NCBI GenBank assembly: GCA_016176785.1
Contig: JACOWN010000004.1
Coordinates: 12,558 to 76,557 of the forward strand
DNA length: 64,000 nucleotides
Source: Parcubacteria group bacterium
GTDB taxonomy: Bacteria > Patescibacteriota > Minisyncoccia > Phycocordibacterales > UBA2135
Direction: 5' to 3'
Below, in pieces: positions 1-10,700 of the stretch; the first letter of the stretch is position 1; each line of letters opens with the position of its first letter. The translations under genes and the position numbers were made by a program. The notes beneath the pieces are model-generated. The model searched no databases and was not told where the DNA came from. It worked only from the letters and a program-made list of their open reading frames with translations.

Positions 1-437
1 ACGTCAACATGCGTTTTGATGCCGGGGTCGTTGCGGAACTTCGCTTCAATGAAAAAATGTTCATGTTCTTTCTGGGCGAGAACGTCAATTTCATGCGTGA
101 CGCACTCGCCTTCCAAAAAGCGGTTGCGCTCCGTCGCGTATCCCATGGCGCGAAGCATCACTTCAACGAATTGCTCAAAATAAAAACCGGCTGGTCCCAG
201 ATCGGCAACGCCGCGCTTTAAACTGTATCGCGCCGCGACACCGACGTTTTCCTTGACGAGGTGCCGGAGCGCCCGCCGGAAGATCTCGGACGTCGTTGCC
301 CCCGGCTTGAGCGTCTGCGTCACTTTTTCGCACACCGCATTCGCAAACGCCTCCGGTGCGCCGGATGCGCGCAGCGACTCGCAGAGTTTCTCTTTTTGGA
401 ACTCTTCGGTCTCCCCGCTTGCTTTCGTGATTTCCAT
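1..437 (-). CDS. ATP-cone domain plus restriction-endonuclease-like (Mrr-type) domain protein. It is 3'-partial: the start codon is at 437 and the gene runs off the window start.
   Basis: Manual minus-strand translation from ATG at 437: MEITKASGETEEFQKEKLCESLRASGAPEAFANAVCEKVTQTLKPGATTSEIFRRALRHLV... (ATP-cone-like N-terminus) followed by ...FYFEQFVEVMLRAMGYATERNRFLEGECVTHEIDVLAQKEHEHFFIEAKF (REase-like core). It is not in the ORF track because it lacks an in-window stop. Confidence 0.55.
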   Translation of the reverse strand, partial: MEITKASGETEEFQKEKLCESLRASGAPEAFANAVCEKVTQTLKPGATTSEIFRRALRHLVKENVGVAARYSLKRGVADLGPAGFYFEQFVEVMLRAMGYATERNRFLEGECVTHEIDVLAQKEHEHFFIEAKFRNDPGIKTHVD

Positions 438-559
438 AATAGTTTAGTGTAGCATCCGGCGCAAAATGAGTCGACATGTACCCCTAAAGGTACGGTGTTT
501 ACAGACCGCCGCCGACGCTTTATGATGGGGTAGGATGCACGAATGATCGGGAGGGAATC

Positions 560-1963
560 GTGTGCGGTATTATCGGGGTCGCCAACCTTGAGACATGCGC
601 CGTACCGACATTGTTCGCCGGGCTTCTCAATATGCAGCATCGCGGCAAAGAAAGCGCGGGGGTCGTAACGCACGCGAATGGAAGCTACGCAGAAAGAGGC
701 GGCATGGGAGAAGTGCATATTGCGCTTGATGAAAAGCGCATAGAGAATATGCCCGGGCGATGCGGCATCGGCCACACGCGTTATTCGAACGCCGGCGCCA
801 GTTCACCCGACAACCGGCAGCCCTTGCGCGGAGATTTTCGCGGGCATGGGTTTTATCTGGGCCACAACGGCAGCGTCATAAACGTAAAATCGCTGGGAGA
901 AACCCTTTCGCACCCGCTTGGTCCCGAGGCGTCGGACACGCGAACCGTCGTCGCGCTGCTTTCCAATGCGCCGCAGACCGACTTTGAAAGCGCGCTTATC
1001 GCGACGCTTGCGCGGCTTCAAGGGGCGTTCAATTTTCTCATCCTCTTTGAAGACACGCTCTACGCGGCAAAAGACGCCTTCGGATTTCACCCGCTGCAGA
1101 TCGGTACTCGCGGCGGCGACGTCATTATCGCTTCCGAAAGCTGCGTTTTCGACCATGTCGGCGCATGTTTTGCGCGCGACATCATGCCGGGGGAACTTGT
1201 TACTGTACGCAACGGTTCGATTACTTCTTCCCAATGGACCGCGGAAACGCGTCTTGCGTTTGATATTTTTGAATACATCTACTTTCTGCGACCGGACAGC
1301 GTTGTTCACGGCGTTGAGGCGGGTGCCGCGCGCTACCATATGGGGCGGCGTCTTGCAAAAATATCGCCGCGCAGGGTGGACGCGGTCATTCCCGTCGCCG
1401 ATTCCGGAAACGAAGCGGCGCTCGGCTATTGGGAAACGATGACGAAGTTCGGCTACGACATCAGTTTTCGTCCATGGGCGCTCTTCCGACCTCATACGAC
1501 CGGCAGAACTTTCATTGAGCCGGTGCAGAAGATGAGAGAAGAATGGATCAGGCGGAAGTTCAATCCGCGCCCGTCGCAGCTGCGCGGCGCACGCGTACTT
1601 TTGATCGACGACTCCATCGTGCGCGGCAATACGCTCGCGCGGGCGGTGCGGACGGTGCGCGCCGCCGGCGCTTCCGCCGTGTTCGCCGGTATAGCTTCCG
1701 ACCAGTACCGGTATCCGGATTTTTACGGCATTGACACCTATCGCAAAAAAGACGAACTCATCGCACGCCGTTTTGAAGGCGACGCCGAGCGTATATGCGG
1801 CGCGTGCGGACTCGACGGACTCGCCTATCTTCCGCACTCCGAAGTTATAAAAGCGGTGCTTGATGCCCGCGCACCGACGTCAATCCTCGCCGAAACGTGT
1901 TTCTATGACGGTCCGTTCACCGGACGTTACCCCGCGGGAATGGGATCGTACACGGCGCTTTAA
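560..1963 (+). CDS. purF: Amidophosphoribosyltransferase (glutamine PRPP amidotransferase).
   Basis: GTG start giving MCGIIGV with the Cys2 nucleophile of Ntn class-II amidotransferases; a PRTase motif VLLIDDSIVRGNT; 467 aa; GGGAGGG RBS upstream. Confidence 0.93.
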   Translation: MCGIIGVANLETCAVPTLFAGLLNMQHRGKESAGVVTHANGSYAERGGMGEVHIALDEKRIENMPGRCGIGHTRYSNAGASSPDNRQPLRGDFRGHGFYLGHNGSVINVKSLGETLSHPLGPEASDTRTVVALLSNAPQTDFESALIATLARLQGAFNFLILFEDTLYAAKDAFGFHPLQIGTRGGDVIIASESCVFDHVGACFARDIMPGELVTVRNGSITSSQWTAETRLAFDIFEYIYFLRPDSVVHGVEAGAARYHMGRRLAKISPRRVDAVIPVADSGNEAALGYWETMTKFGYDISFRPWALFRPHTTGRTFIEPVQKMREEWIRRKFNPRPSQLRGARVLLIDDSIVRGNTLARAVRTVRAAGASAVFAGIASDQYRYPDFYGIDTYRKKDELIARRFEGDAERICGACGLDGLAYLPHSEVIKAVLDARAPTSILAETCFYDGPFTGRYPAGMGSYTAL

Positions 1964-1985
1964 ATTAAAAACCAGCATTACTGCT
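1955..1985. terminator. Bidirectional intrinsic terminator between purF and the convergent hypothetical gene.
   Basis: Hairpin CCAGCATTACTGCTGG flanked by an A-run and a T-run (AAAAACCAGCATTACTGCTGGCTTTTT). Confidence 0.6.
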
Positions 1986-1991
1986 GGCTTT

Positions 1992-2387
1992 TTATTGATG
2001 CGGGCGGTTCGCGTGCGGGCGTTCCGGATGGGGATGCGCCTCGTGCTGGGCCTCTTGAAGCGCGCGAGAAACGCGCTCACCGATCATCTGCTCGATCTTG
2101 CCGCGGAGAAGGGACGTGAGGAAAGACAACCGAAGGAAAACGCGAACGTCGTCGCTTCGGATGGAAAAATCCCCCTGAAACTCAAAACTCAAAAACGAGA
2201 ACTTGACGTGGATGTTCTCATGCTCGTCTGTGCGTTCAAGCGCCTTCTGCTCGTCGGCAAATTCCCGCACGAGATTATCCGTAAGTTTTGCGAGAGCGGC
2301 GTGCGCCTGCTCAACTGAAAGACACCGGAACGGGACATCAAACTCAAGCGTCCGATGGGGCATTGGCATCTCCAAATTGTTCAACAT
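1992..2387 (-). CDS. Hypothetical protein. The start is assigned at the MLNNLEMPMP methionine, which lies inside a conserved palindrome.
   Basis: ORF 1992..2447 with mixed, non-repetitive composition, in contrast to the Arg-rich antisense ORF. It is followed directly by the terminator hairpin. Its function is unknown. Confidence 0.4.
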   Translation of the reverse strand: MLNNLEMPMPHRTLEFDVPFRCLSVEQAHAALAKLTDNLVREFADEQKALERTDEHENIHVKFSFLSFEFQGDFSIRSDDVRVFLRLSFLTSLLRGKIEQMIGERVSRALQEAQHEAHPHPERPHANRPHQ

Positions 2388-2400
2388 CGGGTGTTGAACA
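2378..2400. repeat. Copy 1 of the 23-bp palindrome TGTTCAACATCGGGTGTTGAACA.
   Basis: Perfect 9-bp arms with a TCGGG spacer. It overlaps the putative start codon of the 1992..2387 ORF. Confidence 0.9.
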
Positions 2401-2459
2401 ATTACGCGTCTAAAGAGGAAGCATACGCCTTCAATAAAAAAAAGCAAGGGTGCCCCGCC

Positions 2460-2960
2460 CTACTCAAAGCGCCGCCACGCGGTCTTTTCCCCTCCCCCCG
2501 TCCTCCGCCGTTCGGCCATCGCCAGTTCATCGTAAATACCGTCGATCAAATCGTACTTCTTTGCTTCCTCAAGAGTCACCCAGGCATATTCGTCAAGCTC
2601 GTCTTTCTGGAGCGTAATATTACCGCCCGCAAGTTCCGCGACGCACGAGATCACGAGCGACGGTGAACCGTCTTCGTGAACGGTCGCCAAGCTCGTCAGA
2701 TAGTCAATGTTTTTTATGTCAACGCCGACTTCCTCAAGCACCTCCCGCCGGAGCGTCCGTTCCAGAACGTTGTACCAGTAAAACTCGGTGTCCTTTTCAA
2801 GGCCGAGATAGTCCCCCGCCTCAAGTTTCCCGCCGGGCACCGTCCACTTCCCCGGGAAGCGTTTTTTTGTCGGCGCGCGGCGCGTGATGAGATATGTGCC
2901 GTTGCCGCCATCGGTAATGATTGCCGTAACGGCGACTTCATGCAGGTGGTTGTTGTGCAT
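2460..2960 (-). CDS. NUDIX hydrolase.
   Basis: Nudix box GGKLEAGDYLGLEKDTEFYWYNVLERTLRREVLEEVG (the REx2EE motif). The start is taken at MHNNHLHEVAVTAIITD; the ORF extends upstream to 3035. Confidence 0.85.
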   Translation of the reverse strand: MHNNHLHEVAVTAIITDGGNGTYLITRRAPTKKRFPGKWTVPGGKLEAGDYLGLEKDTEFYWYNVLERTLRREVLEEVGVDIKNIDYLTSLATVHEDGSPSLVISCVAELAGGNITLQKDELDEYAWVTLEEAKKYDLIDGIYDELAMAERRRTGGGEKTAWRRFE

Positions 2961-3078
2961 GGTTTTTGGCGACGCGCGCCCGGCGCGCGTCTCTTTGTCA
3001 TACATAATAGAGTATATCAAAACAGCGGCGGACACGGAATATCGCGGGTGGAAATGCGTAGTGATAAAAAAACCCGCG

Positions 3079-4029
3079 CTATGAGGCGGGTCTGCGTTCG
3101 GTCATGCGCCGCTTGATCTTGCGGCCCAAAACATCGGGAGATAAGCGCGCCAGGTCCGCGATCTCCGGCCTGAATTCGGTGCCTATCGAAAGAGGTTGCA
3201 TTGCGCGCACGACCCGACAAAGAACGCGAACGGAAATTTGGCGGACTCGTTCGCATGAAAGACAAAAATCGTCCGCTATGGCCCCCAGCGTCTCGCCGTT
3301 CACGTAGTGCCGTGAAAAAATATCCATATTGCGCGGCGGAATGGACGCGCGCGCTTTTGCAAACGCTTTTTTAAAAAGCGTTCGTTTCCGCTCTTCAAGG
3401 TTTTTTCTCTCGGCCGTTTCTTCTGGGTTTGGAGTGCCGCTCGGGAGCAGGTCCCCAATCGTTAGGGACGAATCGCCTGACGGCGAGTGCGGCCGCATAT
3501 CCAGCGACAAAAAACCGTCCGCGAACGAGTCAAGCGCGGCGATCACATCTTCCGAAGTGCCGAATTTTTTGGCAATGTCCTGCGCTTCGGAGCCACTCAC
3601 CGGCCGCGCCAAGATCCCGCGCGCGCGCTTCTCGCGCTGAAGACCGTAGTGCGCCTTTTTACGCTGCGTGGAGGTTATGACCCGCACCAGGTGCGCGTCC
3701 TTGAGAAGCCGCCCCCTGACTCGAGACACTACCCAATGCGTGGCATATGTTGAGAAACGAAGCTCCCGTGCGAGCTTAAAATAACCCGCGGCTTCAATGA
3801 GTCCGAGAGACCCCTCTTGCATCAGGTCCTCAAACCGCTGGTCGTGCGGCTTGCAGTAACGCCGCACAAGCATAAAGACAAGCTTCATGTGCGCGCCGAC
3901 TATCGCGTCAAACGCCTGTCGGTCGCCGTTCTTTTGGTACCGAAAAAACAGCGCTCGCTCTTCTTCTCTGGACAAGAGCGGCGTCTCAAAGATCTCGCGC
4001 CAATAACTCTGCCTGCGAGAAGGAGACAT
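3079..4029 (-). CDS. RNA polymerase sigma factor, sigma-70 family (alternative sigma).
   Basis: Region 2 motif DLMQEGSLGLIEAAGYF..STYATHWV and region 4 HTH LSCERVRQI. The start is at MSPSRRQSYW; the longer ORF reaching 4152 lacks support. Confidence 0.85.
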   Translation of the reverse strand: MSPSRRQSYWREIFETPLLSREEERALFFRYQKNGDRQAFDAIVGAHMKLVFMLVRRYCKPHDQRFEDLMQEGSLGLIEAAGYFKLARELRFSTYATHWVVSRVRGRLLKDAHLVRVITSTQRKKAHYGLQREKRARGILARPVSGSEAQDIAKKFGTSEDVIAALDSFADGFLSLDMRPHSPSGDSSLTIGDLLPSGTPNPEETAERKNLEERKRTLFKKAFAKARASIPPRNMDIFSRHYVNGETLGAIADDFCLSCERVRQISVRVLCRVVRAMQPLSIGTEFRPEIADLARLSPDVLGRKIKRRMTERRPAS

Positions 4030-4066
4030 GGAAACACCTGCCGTATCTTTTCGCGGTTCTTTCGCA

Positions 4067-4095
4067 AGATTACAATGGTAAATGACACTTGTCAA
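4067..4095 (-). promoter_or_regulatory. Sigma-70-like promoter for the sigma factor gene.
   Basis: On the minus strand, TTGACA, then 17 nt, then TAATCT, about 35 nt upstream of the ATG at 4029. Confidence 0.4.
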
Positions 4096-4169
4096 AAACT
4101 TGACACCGCCTATTTTTAATAGCAGTATTCTGGAGAGATGGCACATAACCAAAACCGGAGGAGGGCGCC

Positions 4170-4862
4170 GTGCTCATGTTCTTCGCGACGGGGCATGCTC
4201 GCTCGTGCCCCGGACAACTGTCATGCAGCTGCCCGCGACTGCGCGCAGTCGCGGTCTCGGCGTTTGTTTCGTTCCTTATCTCGTCGCTTGAGATAACGAT
4301 GGGGTTCCATGCCGACAGCTTGGCGCTCGTCGCCGATGCGGCGCACACGTTCTCTGACGGCTTTGCGCACGGCATCACGGCGTATGCGATCATCGCGAGT
4401 TACCGCAATGCCAAGCGCGCGGTTCTTTTTGACCGCCGCGGGCTCTCGGTGAACGCCGTACTCCTCGGATTTTCCGCCGCAGTGATCGCCGTGGAAGCGA
4501 CGCGGCGGTTGTTCTCCCCCTCGCTTGACGTCGCGGGCCTAACGGTGATGACGGTTGCCGGCGCGGCGCTCGTCGGAAACGTATTCCAACACTACTGGCT
4601 CGTGCGCGGCTCGCGGCATTCGGAAGGAAACCACGGCGAGAATACGCTCACCGGCCTCATGAAGCACATCGCCGTCGACATCGCGCAAAGCGCGTTTGTC
4701 GTCGCGGGCGGCATTCTCATCATCGTAACCGGTATCGCGTTAATCGACCCGCTTTTTTCGCTCGTTCTTGTTCTCATCATGCTCTATCAGGTGCGCCGCC
4801 TCTTACAGCGGGCGGGCGGGATGGGACAAAACGGCCATGACCACACTTCAACCCTCTCGTGA
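4170..4862 (+). CDS. Cation diffusion facilitator (CDF) family transporter, membrane domain only.
   Basis: HADSLALVADAAHTFSD motif (TM2 HxxxD metal site) and several hydrophobic helices. At 230 aa it lacks the usual C-terminal cytoplasmic domain. Confidence 0.65.
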   Translation: MLMFFATGHARSCPGQLSCSCPRLRAVAVSAFVSFLISSLEITMGFHADSLALVADAAHTFSDGFAHGITAYAIIASYRNAKRAVLFDRRGLSVNAVLLGFSAAVIAVEATRRLFSPSLDVAGLTVMTVAGAALVGNVFQHYWLVRGSRHSEGNHGENTLTGLMKHIAVDIAQSAFVVAGGILIIVTGIALIDPLFSLVLVLIMLYQVRRLLQRAGGMGQNGHDHTSTLS

Positions 4863-4954
4863 GGGTTTTTTCATGCGCTCGCTTGTATTGCGAAAGCGCA
4901 GTATGCTATACTTCCACAATTATATTTCGTCATTATCACTTCATCCCACCAAGC

Positions 4955-5656
4955 ATGGACCAGCAACCACAAAACGTTTTAATCCCCGGGGCAATCGTTA
5001 TCGCCGGCCTTCTTATCGCCGGAGCGGTTTTTATGACAAATAGAGACCTGCCGGCTTCGCCCGCCGCCGTCGCCGACACGAACGCGCCGCTTTACTCCAT
5101 GCGGCCGGTGTCAACAGACAGTGACCATCTTTTGGGAAGCCCTGATGCAAAAATTATCATCGTTGAGTACTCCGACCTTGAATGCCCGTTCTGCAAGAGT
5201 TTCCACAACACCATGAAGCAAGTTATGGAAACGTACGGCAAAGACGGTTCCGTGGCGTGGGTGTACCGCCATTTCCCGTTAACGACGATCCATCCCAAGG
5301 CGCAGAAAGAAGCCGAGGCGAGCGAGTGCGCCGCCGAACTCGGGGGAACGCTTGGTTTTTGGGAATACGTTGACCGCGTATTTGAACTCACACCGTCAAA
5401 CAACAATCTTGACCCCGCTCTTCTCCCGAAAATCGCGGAGGATGTCGGGCTTGACCGGGCGGATTTTGAAGCATGCCTCTCAAGCGGAAAACACAGAGAA
5501 CGCGTTACCAAGGACCGAGACAACGCGATCGGCATCGGCGCCCAAGGCACGCCTTTCAGCGTCATGCTCTCAAAAGACGGAGCCGCCCGACCGATTGAGG
5601 GCGCCGTGCCGTTTGACTCCCTAAAAACGATCATAGACGGAGCGCTCGCACAATAG
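4955..5656 (+). CDS. DsbA-family thiol:disulfide oxidoreductase (thioredoxin fold), membrane-anchored.
   Basis: N-terminal TM helix followed by a CPFC active-site motif in ...IIVEYSDLECPFCKSFH. The start is at MDQQPQ. Confidence 0.8.
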   Translation: MDQQPQNVLIPGAIVIAGLLIAGAVFMTNRDLPASPAAVADTNAPLYSMRPVSTDSDHLLGSPDAKIIIVEYSDLECPFCKSFHNTMKQVMETYGKDGSVAWVYRHFPLTTIHPKAQKEAEASECAAELGGTLGFWEYVDRVFELTPSNNNLDPALLPKIAEDVGLDRADFEACLSSGKHRERVTKDRDNAIGIGAQGTPFSVMLSKDGAARPIEGAVPFDSLKTIIDGALAQ

Positions 5657-5684
5657 TTGCGTTTCCTCACACCTTTGCCGTTTT

Positions 5685-5716
5685 AAGAAAAACCCCCGTC
5701 TCTCGCGGGGGTTTGC
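5685..5716. terminator. Bidirectional intrinsic terminator between the convergent dsbA-like and ftsH genes.
   Basis: AAGAAAAACCCCCGTCTCTCGCGGGGGTTTGCG. Confidence 0.6.
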
Positions 5717-5729
5717 GTGTATCTTTGCC

Positions 5730-7661
5730 TCAACCGTGGGCGTCGGGATCATTTTCCGGCTGTACGCCGGACGGCTCTCCCTCGGGAGCTTTTTTCGGTG
5801 GACCAGACGCCGGAACTATTGATTCGTTTACCCATTCGTTTTCGGTTCGTACAATCGTCTCGCCGCGCATGGCACGTTCAATTTCGTCACTACCGGTCAG
5901 GGTTTCGTACTGAAGGAGCGCTTCCGCCAAACGGTCCAGTTCTTCTCGGTGCTTGAGAAGCGTCTCTTCCGCCGTCTCCTGCGCGCGCTTAACGATCTTC
6001 TCCACCGCGTCGTCAATGCGCCGCATCGTCTGTTCCGACATCTGCTGCCGTTCGGTGATCGCCCGACCGAGGAAAATCTCCCGTTCGGAAGCGCTGAAGC
6101 GGATCGGTCCCAGCGAACTGAAACCCCATTCCGTCACCATTCGTCGGGCAAGTTCGGTCGCCTTTTCAATATCGCTCGCCGCTCCGGTCGTGCAGCTGCT
6201 TTTTCCGAAGATGATTTCTTCGGCCTTTCTGCCGCCGAACATCATGGCGAGCTGCGCGTTGAGCTGATCTTTCGTGTAATTGAAACGGTCGCGTTCCGGA
6301 AGCGCGAGCGTCATGCCGAGCGCGCGGCCGCGCGGGATAATCGTCACTTTATGCACCGGCTCGTTGCCGGGAACGCGGAGCCCGACAATCGCATGCCCCG
6401 CCTCGTGATACGCGGTGATTTTCTTGTCCTCATCGCTTACGACGAGCGAACGGCGCGCGGTCCCCATCATCACTTTATCCTTGGCATCTTCAAAATCGCT
6501 CCGTGCGGCCATTTTTTTATTCCGCCGCGCGGCGAAAAGCAGAGCTTCATTCACCAGGTTCGCGAGGTCGGCGCCGGAGAAATGCACGGTACCGCGGGCG
6601 ATAACCTTGAGGTCTACGTCGGGAGCGATCGGCTTTCCCCGCACATGCACCGCAAGGATTTTTTCTCTCCCCACGACATCGGGCAAGGGCACCGTAACCT
6701 GCCGGTCAAACCGGCCCGGGCGAAGGAGCGCCGGGTCAAGAATGTCGGGCCGGTTCGTCGCCGCTACAATGATGACCGCTTCGTGGGTGTCAAAACCGTC
6801 CATCTCAACGAGGATTTGGTTCAAGGTCTGCTCGCGTTCGTCGTTGCCGCCGCCGAGTCCTGCGCCACGATGACGCCCGACGGCGTCTATCTCGTCAATG
6901 AAAACGATACAAGGAGCATTTTTCTTCGCTTGCTCAAACATTTCCCTGACGCGGCTCGCGCCGACGCCGACGAACATTTCAACGAAATCGGAGCCGGAAA
7001 TGGTGAGGAACGGGACATTCGCCTCTCCCGCAACCGCGCGCGCAAGAAGCGTCTTCCCCGTGCCGGTCGGGCCGATCAAAAGCACGCCCTTGGGGATTTT
7101 CGCGCCAAGCGCTTGGAACTTTCGCGGGTCGCGGAGATACTCCACGATTTCCCGCACCTCTTCCTTCGCTTCGTCAATGCCCGCGACATCCGCAAAAGTA
7201 ACGCGCCTCTGGTCCCACGTCAGAAGCTTTGCCTTTGAGCCGACGAAGTTCTGCATGCGGCCCAGGGGGCCGCCGCTCTTCGCCATCCATCGTATCAGGA
7301 CGACCCACAAAACGACGAGAATGGCAAAGGGGAGGAGCGCGAGAAAGAGTTGGCCCAGAAGCGACGGCTCCGGCGGAGCGTTGACGGAAAAGCGCACATT
7401 GCGCCGTTCAAGGCGGTCCGCCAAAAACGCATCATTCGGCGGAACCCGAGTTTTGAAGGACGAGCCGTCGCGGAGATTCCCGCGCATAATGTCGCCCTCT
7501 AACTCCGCCGAAACGACCGCGCCGATTTCCAGTTTTGTGAGGAACTCCGAATACGGAATGACGCCGGGTTCCTTATCGGGCGCGGGCGCATTGAGCTTTT
7601 GAAAAGCGACTACCAAAAGCAGAAACACGACCAAAAACAAGAGATTGCTGTTCTTCCGCAC
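5730..7661 (-). CDS. ftsH: ATP-dependent zinc metalloprotease FtsH.
   Basis: N-terminal TM helices, Walker A GPTGTGKT, an SRH region, and the HEAGHA zinc motif; 643 aa. Confidence 0.95.
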   Translation of the reverse strand: MRKNSNLLFLVVFLLLVVAFQKLNAPAPDKEPGVIPYSEFLTKLEIGAVVSAELEGDIMRGNLRDGSSFKTRVPPNDAFLADRLERRNVRFSVNAPPEPSLLGQLFLALLPFAILVVLWVVLIRWMAKSGGPLGRMQNFVGSKAKLLTWDQRRVTFADVAGIDEAKEEVREIVEYLRDPRKFQALGAKIPKGVLLIGPTGTGKTLLARAVAGEANVPFLTISGSDFVEMFVGVGASRVREMFEQAKKNAPCIVFIDEIDAVGRHRGAGLGGGNDEREQTLNQILVEMDGFDTHEAVIIVAATNRPDILDPALLRPGRFDRQVTVPLPDVVGREKILAVHVRGKPIAPDVDLKVIARGTVHFSGADLANLVNEALLFAARRNKKMAARSDFEDAKDKVMMGTARRSLVVSDEDKKITAYHEAGHAIVGLRVPGNEPVHKVTIIPRGRALGMTLALPERDRFNYTKDQLNAQLAMMFGGRKAEEIIFGKSSCTTGAASDIEKATELARRMVTEWGFSSLGPIRFSASEREIFLGRAITERQQMSEQTMRRIDDAVEKIVKRAQETAEETLLKHREELDRLAEALLQYETLTGSDEIERAMRGETIVRTENEWVNESIVPASGPPKKAPEGEPSGVQPENDPDAHG

Positions 7662-7719
7662 CGCTTCGTCTCCTCAGCGCATATTCCATTATGAAGAATA
7701 CGAGGGAAAATGAAGAACG

Positions 7720-10700
7720 TCAACGTGTGCGTGTTGGTGCGAGACCCGTCATGGCGTGGAGCGCGCAATACGGGCACTTTGCGTCGGCGCATGCCCGGTC
7801 CCAAAAAGCGAGGTCTTCAATTTCGCGCGCCGCGGACAATGCGAGCGACCGCACGGCGCGCACTTCCTCGCCGGTTATCGCGAAGCGCTCGGCGCGGTAT
7901 TTTCCTCCGCGCGCGGGTTCAATAAAATCTATCTCGCCGGACACCATGGAGAAACGGCCGCGGTCATAGTGGTCAAGGAGAAGGCGATAAAAAACAAGTT
8001 GGCGCTTGAAGTCGCCGGTTGAGGTTTTGGTCGCTCCTTCAATGTGATTCCGCGATTTCGGAGCGCCGGTTTTGTAATCAACAACATTTACATCGCGTCC
8101 GGCGAGAAGCTCCACCTTATCAAGCGTGCCGCGCAAACGGAGGCCGCCCGTTCTCCCCTCATCGCGCGGCAGAAGAACATCTACCTTGAATTCGTTTATG
8201 ATGTTCCGCGGCCACGACGCGCGGCGCGCCTCATAATATCCGCGGAGCGCCGCTTCGCCCTTTTTGAGCGCGTCCTCAAAATCGGACTCATGAAACGGCT
8301 GCGCGCGCGCGTAATCGCGGAACATTGTAACGAGTCCTTCCGCGCCGATATCGCCGTCCTCACGCCAGCGGTCAAAAAAATATCTGAGTGCGGCGTGTGC
8401 GGCAGTGCCGAACATAAGGTGCTTCACCGGCGCCTGCGGGATCCGAAGCAGATTGTTGTAAAAATACTTCCACGGACATGAAAGATAGTTATTGAGCGCG
8501 GTCACCGAAAGCCCCTGTTCCTGAAAAAGACGGTTTAAAAATGCTTTGTCGGCGGCGGGGGCGGGTCGCGCGGCAGGCGGATGCAGGAATACCTCTGTCT
8601 GCGCGGTCTTTTCAAACGGCGCGGTCGGTATGACGCGGAGATGCCCGTCCCCGATCTCTTCCACGCATTGGAACGGAAGCGCCGGCGCGCCCCGTTCGTT
8701 CTCGCGCGCGTATGAAAGAAAGACGCCGACACGCGCGCGTGTCAAGGCGACATAAAAGAGACGGCGTTCGTCGTCAATGTCCGCGGAGTCGCCGCGCTCC
8801 GTTCCCGTCGGGATATCAAAATGGGTAACGGAGCGGCGGTTGCCCCATATGCCGTCGGCAACATGTATGAGGTACACATAATCAAATTCCAACCCCTTTG
8901 CTTTGTGCGCGGTCATAAGCCGCACGCGGCCCTCGCCGCCTTCTCGCGCGGCCGATTTCAAAAAAATATTGTGTTCTTCCAAAAGGGCGAGGTACGCGAC
9001 GCAATCCGAAAGCGTCGCGGAACGCTTGGTCTCAACAAGCGCTCTCATTTCCGCAAAAAAACGATTGAGTTTTTCTATATTTTCTGCGGCCCGTTCGTGT
9101 GCGCAAGCGGCGGCAAGCAGGCCGGACTCTTCAAGAAGCCGTTCAAGAAAAACAAGGATGCCGTTGTTCGCGGCAAGTGTGCGCAATGAAGCCAGCCGGC
9201 GATAGAACTCGTCAACCGTGCGTTCGTGTTCAATACCGGCCGCGCGGCGATGCCGTTTTGACTTGAGCGTTCCGTAGAGAGAAAGCCCGCGGCGCCGCGC
9301 GTACGAAATGAGGCGGTATATGTCGAGCGGTTCAAGACCGAGGATGTCAAGGTGCAGGGCGTCAACGAGGCGCCGGTCGTCCCCAAAGTCGTGGACAGCC
9401 CGCACGAGTATGATGAGTTTGCGGATAAACGGGTCGGCGAGAATGTTTTGGCTTGATTCAATAACGAAGGGGATGCCGCGCTTTTCAAATACATGCGCGA
9501 CGGCTTCCGCCTCGTGGTTCGTCCGATACAAAACGGCGATCTCGGACGGCGGAACGCCCTCGTCTACGGCGCGCCTGACGGCATCGGCAAGAAAAAGAAG
9601 CTCGTGTTCAGGGTGTGAAAAAGCGCGGACCTCGATCGGAGTGCCTGTATCGCGCCCCGCCGCGACGAGGCGCGTCGCAAGCTCGTTTGCGAATGCGTGA
9701 GGGACGGCTCGTTTTGCTATCATGCTCCCCGCCGCGTCAAGGATGGACTGGGTTGAGCGATAATTATGCGAGAGCGTGATGACGGGCGCGTCGGGGTAAC
9801 GCTTCGTGAAATACAAAAAATTATCAAGGGACGCGCCCTGAAAGCGGAAGATCGCCTGTTTCTCGTCGCCGACGACGAAAAGGTTTGGCGAAGCGTGATA
9901 TGACGCAAGGAGTTCGAGAAGCCGGTTTTGCGCGCGATTCGCGTCCTGATGCTCGTCGGCGAGAAAATAGTGGTATGTTTCCTGCAATTCAAGAAGCACA
10001 TCGGGGTTGCGAAGAAGCGCCTGAATCGTTTCAAGGATCATGTCGTCATAGTCGTACACGTTCCGTTCGCGAAGCTCCCGTTCGTATTTTTGGTAGACCG
10101 CCAAAAGTTCTTCATTCTTGTCAATGCGTTTTTTCTGCGCCGCATACACGCCCTTCATGCGGCCCGCATATACGCCGTCTTGGTACACGAGGTCGGGTAT
10201 CGCGTGAAAATCGCGCCGCTGCTTCGCGATGGTCTCCGCGACATCGGGCGGCGCTGCGTTGTCCTGTTTGAGCTCGCTTATTTTCGCGGCAATCGGGTGG
10301 AGATAAAAAAACGCATTGCCGAACGGTTTTAATTTTGAAAGCGACGACGACGCGATGCATTCCTTGAGGAGAGAGAAACGCTCAACGTCGTTCATGTGGC
10401 GTGCGCCGATGATGCGCGGAAAAGCGTCGGGGTAGGTGCGGATAACGTCGTTGCAAAAACTGTGGAAGGTGTGTATTCCCACGCGATATCCGCCGCTGCC
10501 GATTATGTGAACCAACCGCTTGCGCATTGAAAAAACGCCCGACTCGGTGAATGTCAGGGCAAGGATGGCGTCCGGCGGCGTGTCGGTTTTCCGAAGAATG
10601 TTCGCGATGCGAAGCGTCAGGATCTGCGTCTTGCCGGTGCCGGGTCCCGCGAGAACCATAACGGGGCCTTCAATGGAATCAACGGCCTTTTTTTGGTCGG

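Noticed and set aside
4170-4862. Whether the CDF transporter is a pseudogene because it lacks the C-terminal cytoplasmic domain.
   Set aside because: The ORF ends cleanly and the next gene starts in a different frame, with no homology to a CDF C-terminal domain. Some CDF homologues consist of the membrane domain only, so it is kept as a CDS with a note rather than called a pseudogene.
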